A DNA stretch of 20,000 nucleotides from an uncultured virus (IMG/VR IMGVR_UViG_3300017998_000010). Taxonomy: Duplodnaviria; Heunggongvirae; Uroviricota; Caudoviricetes. A program made the position numbers and the translations under genes. The stretch spans positions 55,460 through 75,459 of IMG/VR virus record IMGVR_UViG_3300017998_000010. One strand, 5' to 3'. Position 1 is the stretch's first letter. Each line of letters opens with the position of its first letter. A model generated the notes under the pieces. That model was given only the letters and a program-made list of their open reading frames with translations. It did not search any database and was not told the DNA's origin. Of this stretch, positions 1 to 9,931 are shown piece after piece.

Positions 1-542
1 TTGTTGTTGGTAATAGGTTTTCAGTAACAAATAATATGCCTTACCATAGAAGAGTTGTTGTTCAGGGAATTAATATGATCTATGGTATTGGTGATACTCA
101 GTGCGGTTTCAGGGCATATAATAAATTTGCAATTGATAGGCTACATTTGACAGCAGATGGAATGGAAGCATCCCTTGAGATAATTAATAGGGCAAGAGAG
201 AAGGGTTTAAACATAACAGATGTGCCATGTAATGTCACTTATAACAAACCAGAACATCCCACAAAATTTATATATCAGGGTCTGACACTCATTGAGATAA
301 TATTCTGGGGTGCTGTATGGAATAGACCCTACACATATATTGGAATACCAACAGCCATCTTATTCTTAACATCATTATTCTCTGGTCTATACACGACAGG
401 TTTATATCTCGAAACATTCAAACTCAATATATCTATGGCACTCATCTGTGGTATAAGTTTTATAGCTTCTCTGATGCTGGGAACCATAACATTTATAATC
501 AGTATGCAACGTAGATTAGTGAAAGAGTTGAATGTCAAATGA
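1..542 (+). CDS. GT2 glycosyltransferase, DPM1/polyprenol-phosphate glycosyltransferase-like, with two C-terminal TM helices (5' partial)
   Basis: Frame is open from the window edge (VVGNRF at 3-20, like the family's VVGSRF). Contains GDTQCGFRAY, E-I-x-R-A and VPCNVTY motifs and a hydrophobic C-terminus. Confidence 0.85.
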   Translation, partial: VVGNRFSVTNNMPYHRRVVVQGINMIYGIGDTQCGFRAYNKFAIDRLHLTADGMEASLEIINRAREKGLNITDVPCNVTYNKPEHPTKFIYQGLTLIEIIFWGAVWNRPYTYIGIPTAILFLTSLFSGLYTTGLYLETFKLNISMALICGISFIASLMLGTITFIISMQRRLVKELNVK

Positions 543-787
543 GCAAAATTAACGATTTTTATTTTATTTTATTTATAACTGTTTCTACTGCCTTTGCTAT
601 ATTAACGGTATCTTTTTTGGGTGGATTGTTTGTTGGATCGCAAGAATTATTTAATACAATGCTTATAACTAATGATGCTGTTGAAATTGTTTGCGGGTTT
701 ATTTCAATACCATTCATTTTTATGTATGGTTATATTTTATTTAAGTTTTGTGAAAAAATTGGTTTTAAGGAATTAAACATCAAATGA
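539..787 (+). CDS. small hypothetical membrane protein (2 TM)
   Basis: 82 aa, two hydrophobic segments, ATGA overlaps with both neighbours. Confidence 0.7.
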   Translation: MSKINDFYFILFITVSTAFAILTVSFLGGLFVGSQELFNTMLITNDAVEIVCGFISIPFIFMYGYILFKFCEKIGFKELNIK

Positions 788-1737
788 CCGACTTTACTTT
801 AATTGTTACGGGTGGATCAGGATTTATCGGGTCAAACCTCTTGGATATGTTGGTTGAGAAATATAAAAAATACTATGATGTTAAAATAATATCTATTGAC
901 AAAAGACCACCTGACAAAATGTTCGATGATGTTGAATATATTGTGGAAGATTTAGCCGATCCAGAATTCAAATATATAAATGAGAAACCAAGGGCTGTTA
1001 TTCATTTGGCAGGTTCTCCTTGGTCAAAAGTCAAGGGTGATCAGGGCTGGTTAGCAGAGGCAGATAATTGCTTCTATAATAACACGGTTGCAACATATAA
1101 CGTTCTTTCAAAAATTCGACCAGAGAAAATTATATTTTCCTCTTCGGCTAATATATATGGTCAAGGCAGGAGAATGAGAGAGATACATCCCATTCAAATC
1201 TCAAGTCCGTATGGCTATTCAAAGTGGGTTTGTGAAGAGGAAATTAGGAAGTCTGGTATAGAGTATGTGATCTATAGATTCGGAACGGTTATTGGAATAA
1301 GAGGCAGAACCTTCCCTAATAGGCTTGTTTACTGTGCTGTGCATGGTATTCCAATAGAACTATTCAACAACGGAAAAGCCTATAGAGATTTAATATCCGT
1401 ACATGATATTTGTAGGGCATTAATATCTGCCATATACATGCAGACCTGTGAACCGTTTGAGAATACATATAATGTCTCGATGGGGATGGAGGTAAGTGGT
1501 TCGACAATAGCGGAAATTGTTGCAAGGACAGCCACAAAATATGGTTATAAACTTGATTATTCCAAGACACCGTTTGCACCAAATGGATATGTGCTAGAAT
1601 CTACGCTAAATATTGAAAAAATATACAAACGTTTCGGCTGGAAACCAGAGAAGAATGTCTCAACTGTGTTGGATGAACTTTTCAAGTATTATGTGGAACC
1701 AGATGCAAAAATCCCCCCAGCTTGGGAGAGTTTATAA
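784..1737 (+). CDS. NAD-dependent epimerase/dehydratase (extended SDR)
   Basis: VTGGSGFIG, VIHLAG, FSSSA, catalytic YGYSK, RDLISV. Confidence 0.92.
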   Translation: MTDFTLIVTGGSGFIGSNLLDMLVEKYKKYYDVKIISIDKRPPDKMFDDVEYIVEDLADPEFKYINEKPRAVIHLAGSPWSKVKGDQGWLAEADNCFYNNTVATYNVLSKIRPEKIIFSSSANIYGQGRRMREIHPIQISSPYGYSKWVCEEEIRKSGIEYVIYRFGTVIGIRGRTFPNRLVYCAVHGIPIELFNNGKAYRDLISVHDICRALISAIYMQTCEPFENTYNVSMGMEVSGSTIAEIVARTATKYGYKLDYSKTPFAPNGYVLESTLNIEKIYKRFGWKPEKNVSTVLDELFKYYVEPDAKIPPAWESL

Positions 1738-1739
1738 AT

Positions 1740-1847
1740 ATGGTATTTGAAAATAGAAAAATCGACCCACTTTTTACATGGTTTTCAGCATTAATATTGA
1801 TTATTGTAATAATCATACTCATGGCTATAGGAAGGTTTACTAATTGA
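1740..1847 (+). CDS. 35-aa single-TM peptide (not in ORF track)
   Basis: MVFENRKIDPLFTWFSALILIIVIIILMAIGRFTN. Starts 2 nt after the upstream stop; its TGA overlaps the next TTG start, filling the gap exactly. Confidence 0.65.
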   Translation: MVFENRKIDPLFTWFSALILIIVIIILMAIGRFTN

Positions 1848-2212
1848 GTATCGTAGGTGATCCACCAAATCCAGTATCATTATATATGTTTTCTATACTC
1901 ATATTGGTTGCTGGAATTGTAGATTTTATAAGTCCAGAGAAACATTTAGGTACGTTTTTATTAACAATAGGTGGTTTGGGTTTTATCCTTATTTATTTTA
2001 TATTTCGTAATGATGAGTACAATCTTGAACCACCAACAATCAAAGAATTTGTCATTGGTTGTGGGCTTTTAACAATTTCTGCAATTACATATTTTGTGCC
2101 TTGGTTAAGATTAACATCTCTTGTCCTTATAGGATTTGGTGCATATACTAGTGGTGTTTGGATTTGGATTTTTTGGGAAATACACTTTGGAAAGGAGAAA
2201 GGTAAAAATTGA
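1844..2212 (+). CDS. hypothetical membrane protein (about 4 TM)
   Basis: 122 aa, four hydrophobic segments, TTGA overlaps at both ends. Confidence 0.7.
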   Translation: MSIVGDPPNPVSLYMFSILILVAGIVDFISPEKHLGTFLLTIGGLGFILIYFIFRNDEYNLEPPTIKEFVIGCGLLTISAITYFVPWLRLTSLVLIGFGAYTSGVWIWIFWEIHFGKEKGKN

Positions 2213-3564
2213 AAGTTCTTTTATTGAACCCACCGGGAGAAGCAATAAGAACGGGAAGGCTAGTTCGTAAATCAAAGATTAGTACACAATCATGGTATCC
2301 TATCCATCTTGCGTATGCTACTGGAACACTAGAGAAATTTGGACATGAATGTTATTTATATGATGCTTCTGTGAAAAAAGATTCGTGTTTAGACGTTAAG
2401 TTTCTTGTTAATAGTCTGAAACCAGAAGCCATAGCCTATTTCTGGGCATATGATACGGCAGAATCCGATCTTTCATTCGCTAATGAATTGGGTAAGGATT
2501 ACCATGTAACTCTCGTTGGTCCTTGGTCTGCTCATATGCCCGATGCTCTAGATAAATGCCCAAACGTTAATGAAATGACTTTCGGAAATTTTGAATACAC
2601 GTTACAAGACCTTTATACAGATGAGCCAAAGAGATTAATACAAGGTCTAAAATATAGAGAAGGTAAAGATATTCTCTTCAATCCACAGGCTGAACCGTAT
2701 ACACAGGAAGAATTTGATTGGATGCCTTTCGTTACAAAGGTTTATGCTGAACACTTAGACTTTTTTGATTATCATCAGACAAGTTTCAGGTATCCGTTTA
2801 TTGATTTATTTTCAGCTTTAAGTTGCCCTCACCGTTGTGCGTTTTGTAGTTGGACAAATGGTTGTGATCTCTTACATCCAAAGCGTTATGTACAGCGTAG
2901 CATCAAGAATGTGATGGAAGAACTTTGGTATGTCAAAAATGAACTTCCACAGATCAAACAACTTTTCTTTCAAGATTCAACACTTATTGGATCAAGGGCA
3001 AGGGAAATCAGTCTTACAATGCTCAGTGAAGGACTCAAATTGTGTTGGGGTTGCTATTCACGTGCTGATAAGGATTATGATACACTGAGACTGATGAAAG
3101 ATGCTGGTTGCCGGACTTTGCACGTTGGCTATGAAGTTCCAATTCAGAGCTATTTAGATGAGATGAAAAAGGATATTACAGTCAAACAGGAAGCACAATT
3201 TATCAAGGATGTCAACAAGCTCAAGCTCTGGACTTCCTCTAGTTTTATGATCTTCCCTTGGATGTCGAAAGCTGATATAAGATATATGGTCAAATGGATA
3301 AAGGATAACGGTGCTACCCGTATTAATGTGGCACAATTGCAGGAGTATCCAAACACGACTATAGTTGATGTTAGAAAGGCACATCAAGACATGCCGGGAA
3401 CGTATATGATGAACTTTGAGGAAATGAAGAAATGGGAGCAATACTGTTTTAACGAATTCTATATCAAAAACCCAAAGTTCTGGTGGAATGTTGCCACAAA
3501 CCCAAGAGAGTGGGTTAATGTTTTCAACGATGCCAAAGGTATGGTGGGATTCTTATTTGAATGA
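2209..3564 (+). CDS. B12-binding-domain radical SAM protein (class B / HpnJ-like)
   Basis: N-terminal KVLLLNPP...YPIHLAY...LE.GHE...DA domain; CPHRCAFC (CxxxCxxC); RSIKNVMEEL; MKDAGCRTLHVGYE; YPNT. Confidence 0.88.
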   Translation: MKVLLLNPPGEAIRTGRLVRKSKISTQSWYPIHLAYATGTLEKFGHECYLYDASVKKDSCLDVKFLVNSLKPEAIAYFWAYDTAESDLSFANELGKDYHVTLVGPWSAHMPDALDKCPNVNEMTFGNFEYTLQDLYTDEPKRLIQGLKYREGKDILFNPQAEPYTQEEFDWMPFVTKVYAEHLDFFDYHQTSFRYPFIDLFSALSCPHRCAFCSWTNGCDLLHPKRYVQRSIKNVMEELWYVKNELPQIKQLFFQDSTLIGSRAREISLTMLSEGLKLCWGCYSRADKDYDTLRLMKDAGCRTLHVGYEVPIQSYLDEMKKDITVKQEAQFIKDVNKLKLWTSSSFMIFPWMSKADIRYMVKWIKDNGATRINVAQLQEYPNTTIVDVRKAHQDMPGTYMMNFEEMKKWEQYCFNEFYIKNPKFWWNVATNPREWVNVFNDAKGMVGFLFE

Positions 3565-4258
3565 TATAACAACCACAGAAAAACACATACTAAGTGTTCT
3601 ATATATATTACATAAAAAGTCAATTCCACCAGTATTTATTGTATCCATTCTGGGGTTTTTGAATAGAAAATATAAAGATCAAAGATTAGTGATATATTTT
3701 TATAAGAAGTATTTTAACATAGAAATAGGCAGATATACATATGGTGTTATACAGTTACTTAATTCTGAATATCATACACTTAAAAGCATAGGAAATTTCT
3801 GTGCAATAGCACGTAATTTGGTTCTTGCTGGATATGATCATCCAATCCACAGATTTACTACACACCCAATAACAACCGAACGTAAATATGGTTTTATTGA
3901 AAAAGAGTTAGCTGAAGAATATCTCCAAGAAAGTAATCTAATTACAATTGGAAATGATGTTTGGATAGGTTCAAATGTGATAATTCTGCCACCTGTAAAT
4001 ATATCCACAGGTGCTGTTATCGGTGCTGGTGCTGTTGTCACCAAGGATGTTCCACCATATGCGGTTGTTGTTGGTGTTCCAGCGAAGGTTATTAAATATA
4101 GGTTTTCACAAAAGACCATAGATATGTTGCTTAAATCTGAATGGTGGAATATGGAAGATTCAAAGATATGTGAAATATGTAGTATCTTATATCATAAAGA
4201 AAACAAGATGGATAGTGATTATGAGGGTGCAATACAAAAATGTTTTTCAACTCTTTAA
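3557..4258 (+). CDS. CatB/Vat-related hexapeptide O-acetyltransferase
   Basis: IGRYTYG, IGNFCAIA, IGNDVWIG, GAVIGAGAVVTKDVPPYAVVVGVPAKVIKYRF, LLKSEWWN. Start moved to TTG 3557 (GGTGG upstream) to avoid a long overlap. Confidence 0.88.
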   Translation: MNDITTTEKHILSVLYILHKKSIPPVFIVSILGFLNRKYKDQRLVIYFYKKYFNIEIGRYTYGVIQLLNSEYHTLKSIGNFCAIARNLVLAGYDHPIHRFTTHPITTERKYGFIEKELAEEYLQESNLITIGNDVWIGSNVIILPPVNISTGAVIGAGAVVTKDVPPYAVVVGVPAKVIKYRFSQKTIDMLLKSEWWNMEDSKICEICSILYHKENKMDSDYEGAIQKCFSTL

Positions 4259-4279
4259 AAACAAGAAAAGGTGAATACA

Positions 4280-4987
4280 ATGAATAAAATAAAAACAAAG
4301 TATCTATTATCAAATCCACTTGTTCTTGCATCTTATATTGTCACCAAACCCAGAACATACAGATTAACGTCTAAATTCAAGTGTGTTGTTAGTGATTTTA
4401 ATTATAGATATATGTTAGGAGATTGTGGACCTGTTTGGTATGATTGTTGTGAGTATATATATGCTCTAGTCAGAGAATATAAACCAGAAATAGTTGTTGA
4501 AACGGGTATTAATAGCGGCTTTTCCTCTTATTTTATATTAAGGGCACTTCACGATAATAACATGGGAAAATTATACTCTATTGACCCAGATGAGTTTTGT
4601 TTAGGTATAGGTAGATTGGCAGGTGATCGTAACTCAAGTGAAACAGGTAAGAAAATTGGTTGGTTTGTTCCAGATGAACTAAAGGATAGATGGGAAATAG
4701 TGCGTGGTCTTAGCAGTGATGTTTTGGTTCCTCTGTTGGATAGACTAGGTTCAATAGATATGTTCTTACATGATAGTGAACATAGTTACGAAGTTATGTC
4801 ATTTGAATACAATACCGCTTGGAAATATCTGAAATCTGGTGGTATATTGCTTTCAGATGATGTATTACACACACCAGCATTTAAGGAATTTTCGTCTGGT
4901 AAAAACAGTAATATTTATTATTTTAGGCTTGGAGTAGTGAAGAAAGTCAAAGCACCACTATATTCCATCGTTGATAGTGTAAGGTGA
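4280..4987 (+). CDS. class I SAM methyltransferase (Methyltransf_24-like)
   Basis: VVETGINSGFSS, LYSID, IDMFLHDSEHSY, LKSGGILLSDD. AGGTGA RBS 5 nt before ATG 4280. Confidence 0.88.
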   Translation: MNKIKTKYLLSNPLVLASYIVTKPRTYRLTSKFKCVVSDFNYRYMLGDCGPVWYDCCEYIYALVREYKPEIVVETGINSGFSSYFILRALHDNNMGKLYSIDPDEFCLGIGRLAGDRNSSETGKKIGWFVPDELKDRWEIVRGLSSDVLVPLLDRLGSIDMFLHDSEHSYEVMSFEYNTAWKYLKSGGILLSDDVLHTPAFKEFSSGKNSNIYYFRLGVVKKVKAPLYSIVDSVR

Positions 4988-5628
4988 TGGTTGGTATGTC
5001 TATTGAAGATGTTGCAAGGTTATGGGAAGAGGAATGGATAAAATCAGCCGATATACATGAACACAGTTCCATTATTGGTAAATTCCTTCGTGTCCAGAGA
5101 ATGGGAATAATAAGAAAAATGTTAAAATCAATATCTAAAGAACTATCAGCAATTGATGTAGGTTGTGGAAGTGGGGAAACATTACTACTCTTGCGAGATA
5201 TAGGTTTTAAAAACTCAATCGGAATAGACATATCATCACATGCAATGAGAAAATCAGAACTACATGGATTAACAGAAAATGTAGATGTTTTCAGAAAAGA
5301 TGGTTCCAATACAGGCTATCCAGATAGAAAGTTTGATTTTATGTTTTCTGAGGGTTTGTGGGAACATTTTAAAGACCCACTACCGTTCATAAAAGAAGGT
5401 TGCCGAATCTCAGATAAGTGGTTAATGATAGTTCAACCAAACCATTTTTCTTTCTTTGGTGGTCTACTTAATTGGGGTTGGGAACACTTTAGTCAGCAGG
5501 GTGTACATGAATATTCATTCCCTATGAGTTATTTCATAGACAATGTTACAAGAAATGGGTTTACAATCATTGACAGAAGAGGAACATATTTAAATGAACA
5601 AAATGTTTTGTTTTTTAGAAGAGACTAA
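4984..5628 (+). CDS. class I SAM methyltransferase (Methyltransf_11-like)
   Basis: AIDVGCGSG, GIDIS, FDFMFSEGLWEHF, VQPN. Confidence 0.9.
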   Translation: MMVGMSIEDVARLWEEEWIKSADIHEHSSIIGKFLRVQRMGIIRKMLKSISKELSAIDVGCGSGETLLLLRDIGFKNSIGIDISSHAMRKSELHGLTENVDVFRKDGSNTGYPDRKFDFMFSEGLWEHFKDPLPFIKEGCRISDKWLMIVQPNHFSFFGGLLNWGWEHFSQQGVHEYSFPMSYFIDNVTRNGFTIIDRRGTYLNEQNVLFFRRD

Positions 5629-7165
5629 GGCTAAAATCAGCAAAACTAGCATATGGCTATTTATATTATCTATTGCAGGTATTTTTTACAGATCATATCC
5701 GCATCTTTATCTCATACCACGTTGGATTATTGAAGAGGAAGGATATGTATACACAATTCTTGACTTAATAAAAACAGGTACAACCTTTCGCCTTGGTTAT
5801 CAACCTGTTTTAGAACAATACTTAGTATATTTTATCTACTTAATAACACACATTGATCCAACAATTTTATGCCAATATGTAAACCCAATCATCGGTGGAT
5901 TGACAATAATTCCTATTTATTATATACTAAGAAAAATATCAACCCAGAAAGTAGCACTTGTAGCAACAACACTATGGACATTTAGTGAAAATATGATATA
6001 TAGATCGAGCATATTCAATAGTACAGAATCGTTAGGTTTCTTTTTTGCAATGCTTGCTCTTTATATGTATTTAAATACAAAAGATAAAGAACAAAGAAAC
6101 AGCAAAATAAAATTCTTTTGTGGTTTCTTAGTGTTTATAGTAATATCAATGTATACACACATATTACCAGCAGTTTTTATTATAGGCTTGGTATTGTTAG
6201 ATATTTTCTTAAATGGAAACTATAGACACAAAGTTTATGTAGCCGTTGTGTTATGTCTGGTTGTTTTATTTTTGATTTCATCATTAAATCCACATCAAGT
6301 AATGACATATTTTATTCTACCTAGTTCAATGTCATCACAATTCAAATTATCTAATATATTTTTATACTCCATATCTGATTTATTACTTGGTGTGTCTATT
6401 TTCTTTGGTAGTGTTGTTATGGTTATATTATCATTAATATCAATATTGTTATATAAACCAAAGATAAATATTATGTTTGAATATTTATTTGGTTGTATTT
6501 TATTATTTGTCGTTAGTTGGTTATTCTATTCACCATATCTAATTGCACCAACAAGAGTAATTTTTTATTTTATTTTACCATTATCATTCTTTACTTCTTT
6601 ACTAATTAGCAAATTTAAAACAATATTGTCTATTATTTTTATATTAATTATTATTACAACTATGATATTAACATCTATAAATGGTGCTAATACTATGTTA
6701 TATATTAATAATGCAATGACATCGGATGAATATGAATTCTTAGGACACAGTTCAATTATACACAATACATATAATTTTACCGAATGGTGGACAGATGTAC
6801 CAATGAAAAATTCACTTATATTTTACTCTTCAGACCTCAGATTACCGTTGCTACAGGATAGTTTTTATACTATAGAAAATCAAAGAATTGAAGTAAATTT
6901 GAACTTAACTGTATCTACGACAAAAACAACAATAAATGCAAATGAAACCACAACCGTAGAGATAATACCACCATTTTTTAAATATATCATTCTGAGTCCT
7001 AGAATGGAGAAATCTGCTTTCTTTTTCTTCAAAACCAAGTATAGAACAGTTCAAATCAATCAACCAATTCCAGATATTTGGAAAGACTTACCTGATTGGA
7101 AATTAGTTGAAGAGTATAAAAACATAAAGATTTATAAATGGATAGGAACAAGTATAGATGGATAG
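5594..7165 (+). CDS. polytopic membrane protein, probable GT-C fold glycosyltransferase (AglB/STT3/PMT-like architecture)
   Basis: About 11-13 hydrophobic segments, acidic EEE in the first loop, YQP motif, TIIPIYYILRKI, soluble C-terminal domain with WWTD, ending WKLVEEYKNIKIYK. Exact start uncertain. Confidence 0.65.
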   Translation: MNKMFCFLEETKAKISKTSIWLFILSIAGIFYRSYPHLYLIPRWIIEEEGYVYTILDLIKTGTTFRLGYQPVLEQYLVYFIYLITHIDPTILCQYVNPIIGGLTIIPIYYILRKISTQKVALVATTLWTFSENMIYRSSIFNSTESLGFFFAMLALYMYLNTKDKEQRNSKIKFFCGFLVFIVISMYTHILPAVFIIGLVLLDIFLNGNYRHKVYVAVVLCLVVLFLISSLNPHQVMTYFILPSSMSSQFKLSNIFLYSISDLLLGVSIFFGSVVMVILSLISILLYKPKINIMFEYLFGCILLFVVSWLFYSPYLIAPTRVIFYFILPLSFFTSLLISKFKTILSIIFILIIITTMILTSINGANTMLYINNAMTSDEYEFLGHSSIIHNTYNFTEWWTDVPMKNSLIFYSSDLRLPLLQDSFYTIENQRIEVNLNLTVSTTKTTINANETTTVEIIPPFFKYIILSPRMEKSAFFFFKTKYRTVQINQPIPDIWKDLPDWKLVEEYKNIKIYKWIGTSIDG

Positions 7166-7191
7166 TATGGTGAAAATAAGGAGAGAATGAT

Positions 7192-7857
7192 ATGAATACA
7201 GATTTGATAGAAAGAGTAATAAAAAACAAATGGGAACATTCACAAGAGTTAGAAAGAAAATATAATGAGGAAAATAAACCACAGAAATGGGGGGTTCCAT
7301 ATAGTTTCAAGTTTTGGGCAGACCTAATTGAGTTGAAAGATTTTGATGGCTTAAATATAGAAGTTGGGTGTGGTTCTGATGGCTTTTGGAGATTTTCGGA
7401 TAAAATAATTGGGACAGATTCACTAGATTTTAGCCAATATGGAAAGAATTTTATTCAAGCAAATGCTGAAAACCTACCTTTTGAGGATAACCATTTTAGA
7501 GATTGTTATGCCATGAATATGTTAGACCACACCGAACATCCGCAAAAAGCACTAAATGAAATGATTCGTGTTTCCACAAATAGAATTTATATTTTTTCAA
7601 ATATTTTCTCACCCATTGTCAAACCAATAATGAATGAGTTTGATCAGATACACCCATATCATTTCACTGAGAAAGACTTGATCAGTCTTGTACCAGATAC
7701 GGTTTTTATCTCAATGTCCAAGCGAAAGCTATTTGTAGAATCTCTCACAGCAGGAATATTACTAAAATTGAAATTGGATTTTGCTCTATTATTAGGTACA
7801 CACCGTTTATTGGTGCATCTGGACAAGAAAGACCCATTATTAATATATAAGAAGTGA
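7192..7857 (+). CDS. class I SAM methyltransferase (Methyltransf_11-like)
   Basis: IEVGCG, IQANAENLPFEDNHF, LDH, ALNEMIRV, HPYHF. Confidence 0.88.
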   Translation: MNTDLIERVIKNKWEHSQELERKYNEENKPQKWGVPYSFKFWADLIELKDFDGLNIEVGCGSDGFWRFSDKIIGTDSLDFSQYGKNFIQANAENLPFEDNHFRDCYAMNMLDHTEHPQKALNEMIRVSTNRIYIFSNIFSPIVKPIMNEFDQIHPYHFTEKDLISLVPDTVFISMSKRKLFVESLTAGILLKLKLDFALLLGTHRLLVHLDKKDPLLIYKK

Positions 7858-8852
7858 AAAAAATGATGTCCTCTGTTGTTCTTCCGACCCGTAATGCAGA
7901 GTGGTGTCTACCATATTCATTAAAGATGTTGTTAGAACAGGTAGTTCAACCAGATGAATATGTGGTTTGCATAGGTAAAAGTGAAGATAAAACAGAGGAA
8001 TTAATATTAGACTTTCAGAAAAAATGTAGTGTGCCTGTTAGACTGTGCTATGATAGAGAGGGCATAGGTACAGGTTATGCTATGAGTCTATCACTATCAA
8101 AAGCTAAGGGGGATATAATTCTCTGGGCAAGTTCAGATGGAATCAAGTCAAAACATTGGGTAGAAAGAATGATGGGCTTTTTTGTCAGTAATGAAAATTT
8201 GTCTTATTTATGTAATTCGGGCACACCAGAGAATCCAAGTAAAATATCTGAGGTTGATCCAGAGAAAATTCCAGCTTCGACAGAACTGAAATACACAAAT
8301 GGTGCTGATCCACTATCTGGAATAATTGCATTTAGGAGAAAGGATGCTATTGAAGTTGGTGGTTTTGATCCATTATTTACACGTGGTCAAGACTTTGATT
8401 TAGTTATACGTTTATCACAGGCAGGAAAAATAGGTGCTGATTGTGGCTCGGAAGGATACCATTTTGGTATATATGGAATGAGAAATATAACCAAAGCCCT
8501 AAAAACAGGTACTTTTTTCAGGTTTTTTTATAAATATGGTTGGCGTTATTGTTTGTTATGTAAACATCACTTTTTTGGTGTATTATTAAGAACTGGCTTT
8601 TTATTTTCAATTATTATGATTCTGCTTAGTTTAGCCATAGGTTCTATTCCGTCAGCAACCTTATTTGGATTAACCTTGGCATTGTCCATATTTGGATTGT
8701 GCTATGGTGTAATTGTATCTCACGGAAAATTGAGCCTAAATTTGTTAGTATTCCAGTTTTTGGAGAGTATTGGAGAGTATAAACAGCTATGGATTTTAAT
8801 TAAAAACAAGAATAAACCAGAATTTGGATATGGAAAGAAATGGTTGAAATGA
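7854..8852 (+). CDS. GT2 glycosyltransferase with C-terminal TM helices
   Basis: SVVLPTRN, SEDKT, AKGDIILWASSD, VGGFD...GQDFDLVIRL, hydrophobic tail. Confidence 0.87.
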   Translation: MKKMMSSVVLPTRNAEWCLPYSLKMLLEQVVQPDEYVVCIGKSEDKTEELILDFQKKCSVPVRLCYDREGIGTGYAMSLSLSKAKGDIILWASSDGIKSKHWVERMMGFFVSNENLSYLCNSGTPENPSKISEVDPEKIPASTELKYTNGADPLSGIIAFRRKDAIEVGGFDPLFTRGQDFDLVIRLSQAGKIGADCGSEGYHFGIYGMRNITKALKTGTFFRFFYKYGWRYCLLCKHHFFGVLLRTGFLFSIIMILLSLAIGSIPSATLFGLTLALSIFGLCYGVIVSHGKLSLNLLVFQFLESIGEYKQLWILIKNKNKPEFGYGKKWLK

Positions 8853-9931
8853 AAAAATTAAAAATTGCTCTGGTCATAGGAACCAGACCACAGATAATCA
8901 AGTCTGCACCCATAATAAACGAAGCTGGAAAGCATAAAGAAATTGAGATGTTTATAGTACATACTGGACAACACTACGATTATGAAATGTCAAAGGAATT
9001 TTTCAACGAATTATCCCTTCCTGATCCTGTTGTAAACTTGGGTGTTGGTTCGTGTTCACCTGTACAGCAAATAACGAAAATGATGTGTGGTTTGGAAGAT
9101 GCATATAATAGTTTGAAACCCGATATTGTTCTTGTTCCGGGTGATACAAACTCGACATTAGCAGGTGCTTTATCAGCAGTAAAGATGTCTATTCCCGTTG
9201 TTCATGTTGAGTCGGGTGCTAGAAGTGGAGATATGACTATGCCCGAAGAAGTTAATAGACGTATTGTAGATCATATATCATCTATGTTATGTGCTGTTTC
9301 AACAGATTGTATCACCAATCTCTTAAATGAAGGAATATCAAGTGATAAAATAGAACTTGCAGGTGATACTATGTATGAAAGTATAATTCAACATAAATTA
9401 GATATTGATCAAGCAAGAACAGCAAGAATGTTTTTTGGTCTTGTTGAAAAAACGTATTGTGTTTTAACTCTGCATAGAGAATCTAATGTTGATGATTTAG
9501 ATAAATTAAAATCAATAATTAATTCCATCATAGAATCACATATGAATGTTATTTTCCCCTGTCACCCACACACTAGGAAAAATTTGGAACTTTTGGGTAT
9601 TAATTTACAAAACATTAATATAGTAGACCCATTACCATACTTTGAAATGTTAAGTCTCGTTCAAGATGCTAGTGTGGTGATCACAGATTCTGGTGGTTTG
9701 CAGAAGGAAGCATTTTGGTTAGGTACTCCATGTGTAACTTTGAGAGAGAATACTGAATGGGAATGGACAATAAAAGCGGGTGCAAATCGTCTTGTTGGTT
9801 CCGATCCACAAAAGATCATAGATGGTATTCATATAGCACAAAAAAGTGTATTTCAGAAATTCTCAGGTTTGATAATTCGTGATGCTTCAAAAAGAATTAT
9901 TAATGAACTTTTAAGGATGAATGTAGTATGA
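8849..9931 (+). CDS. wecB: UDP-N-acetylglucosamine 2-epimerase (non-hydrolysing, WecB/WbpI family)
   Basis: GTRPQIIK, HTGQHYD, PGDTNST, HVESGARS, MPEEVNR, TLHRESN, TDSGGLQKEA, RENTEW. Start at the ATGA overlap at 8849. Confidence 0.95.
   Translation: MKKLKIALVIGTRPQIIKSAPIINEAGKHKEIEMFIVHTGQHYDYEMSKEFFNELSLPDPVVNLGVGSCSPVQQITKMMCGLEDAYNSLKPDIVLVPGDTNSTLAGALSAVKMSIPVVHVESGARSGDMTMPEEVNRRIVDHISSMLCAVSTDCITNLLNEGISSDKIELAGDTMYESIIQHKLDIDQARTARMFFGLVEKTYCVLTLHRESNVDDLDKLKSIINSIIESHMNVIFPCHPHTRKNLELLGINLQNINIVDPLPYFEMLSLVQDASVVITDSGGLQKEAFWLGTPCVTLRENTEWEWTIKAGANRLVGSDPQKIIDGIHIAQKSVFQKFSGLIIRDASKRIINELLRMNVV

Noticed and set aside
3557..4258. Antibiotic resistance gene (catB/vat)
   Set aside because: Same fold, but the glycan-cluster context and N-terminal extension favour a sugar O-acetyltransferase.
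7167..7190. 7-codon ORF MVKIRRE just before the 7192 gene (possible frameshifted N-terminus)
   Set aside because: Too short to support; it contains the AGGAG RBS for ATG 7192, which explains the sequence.
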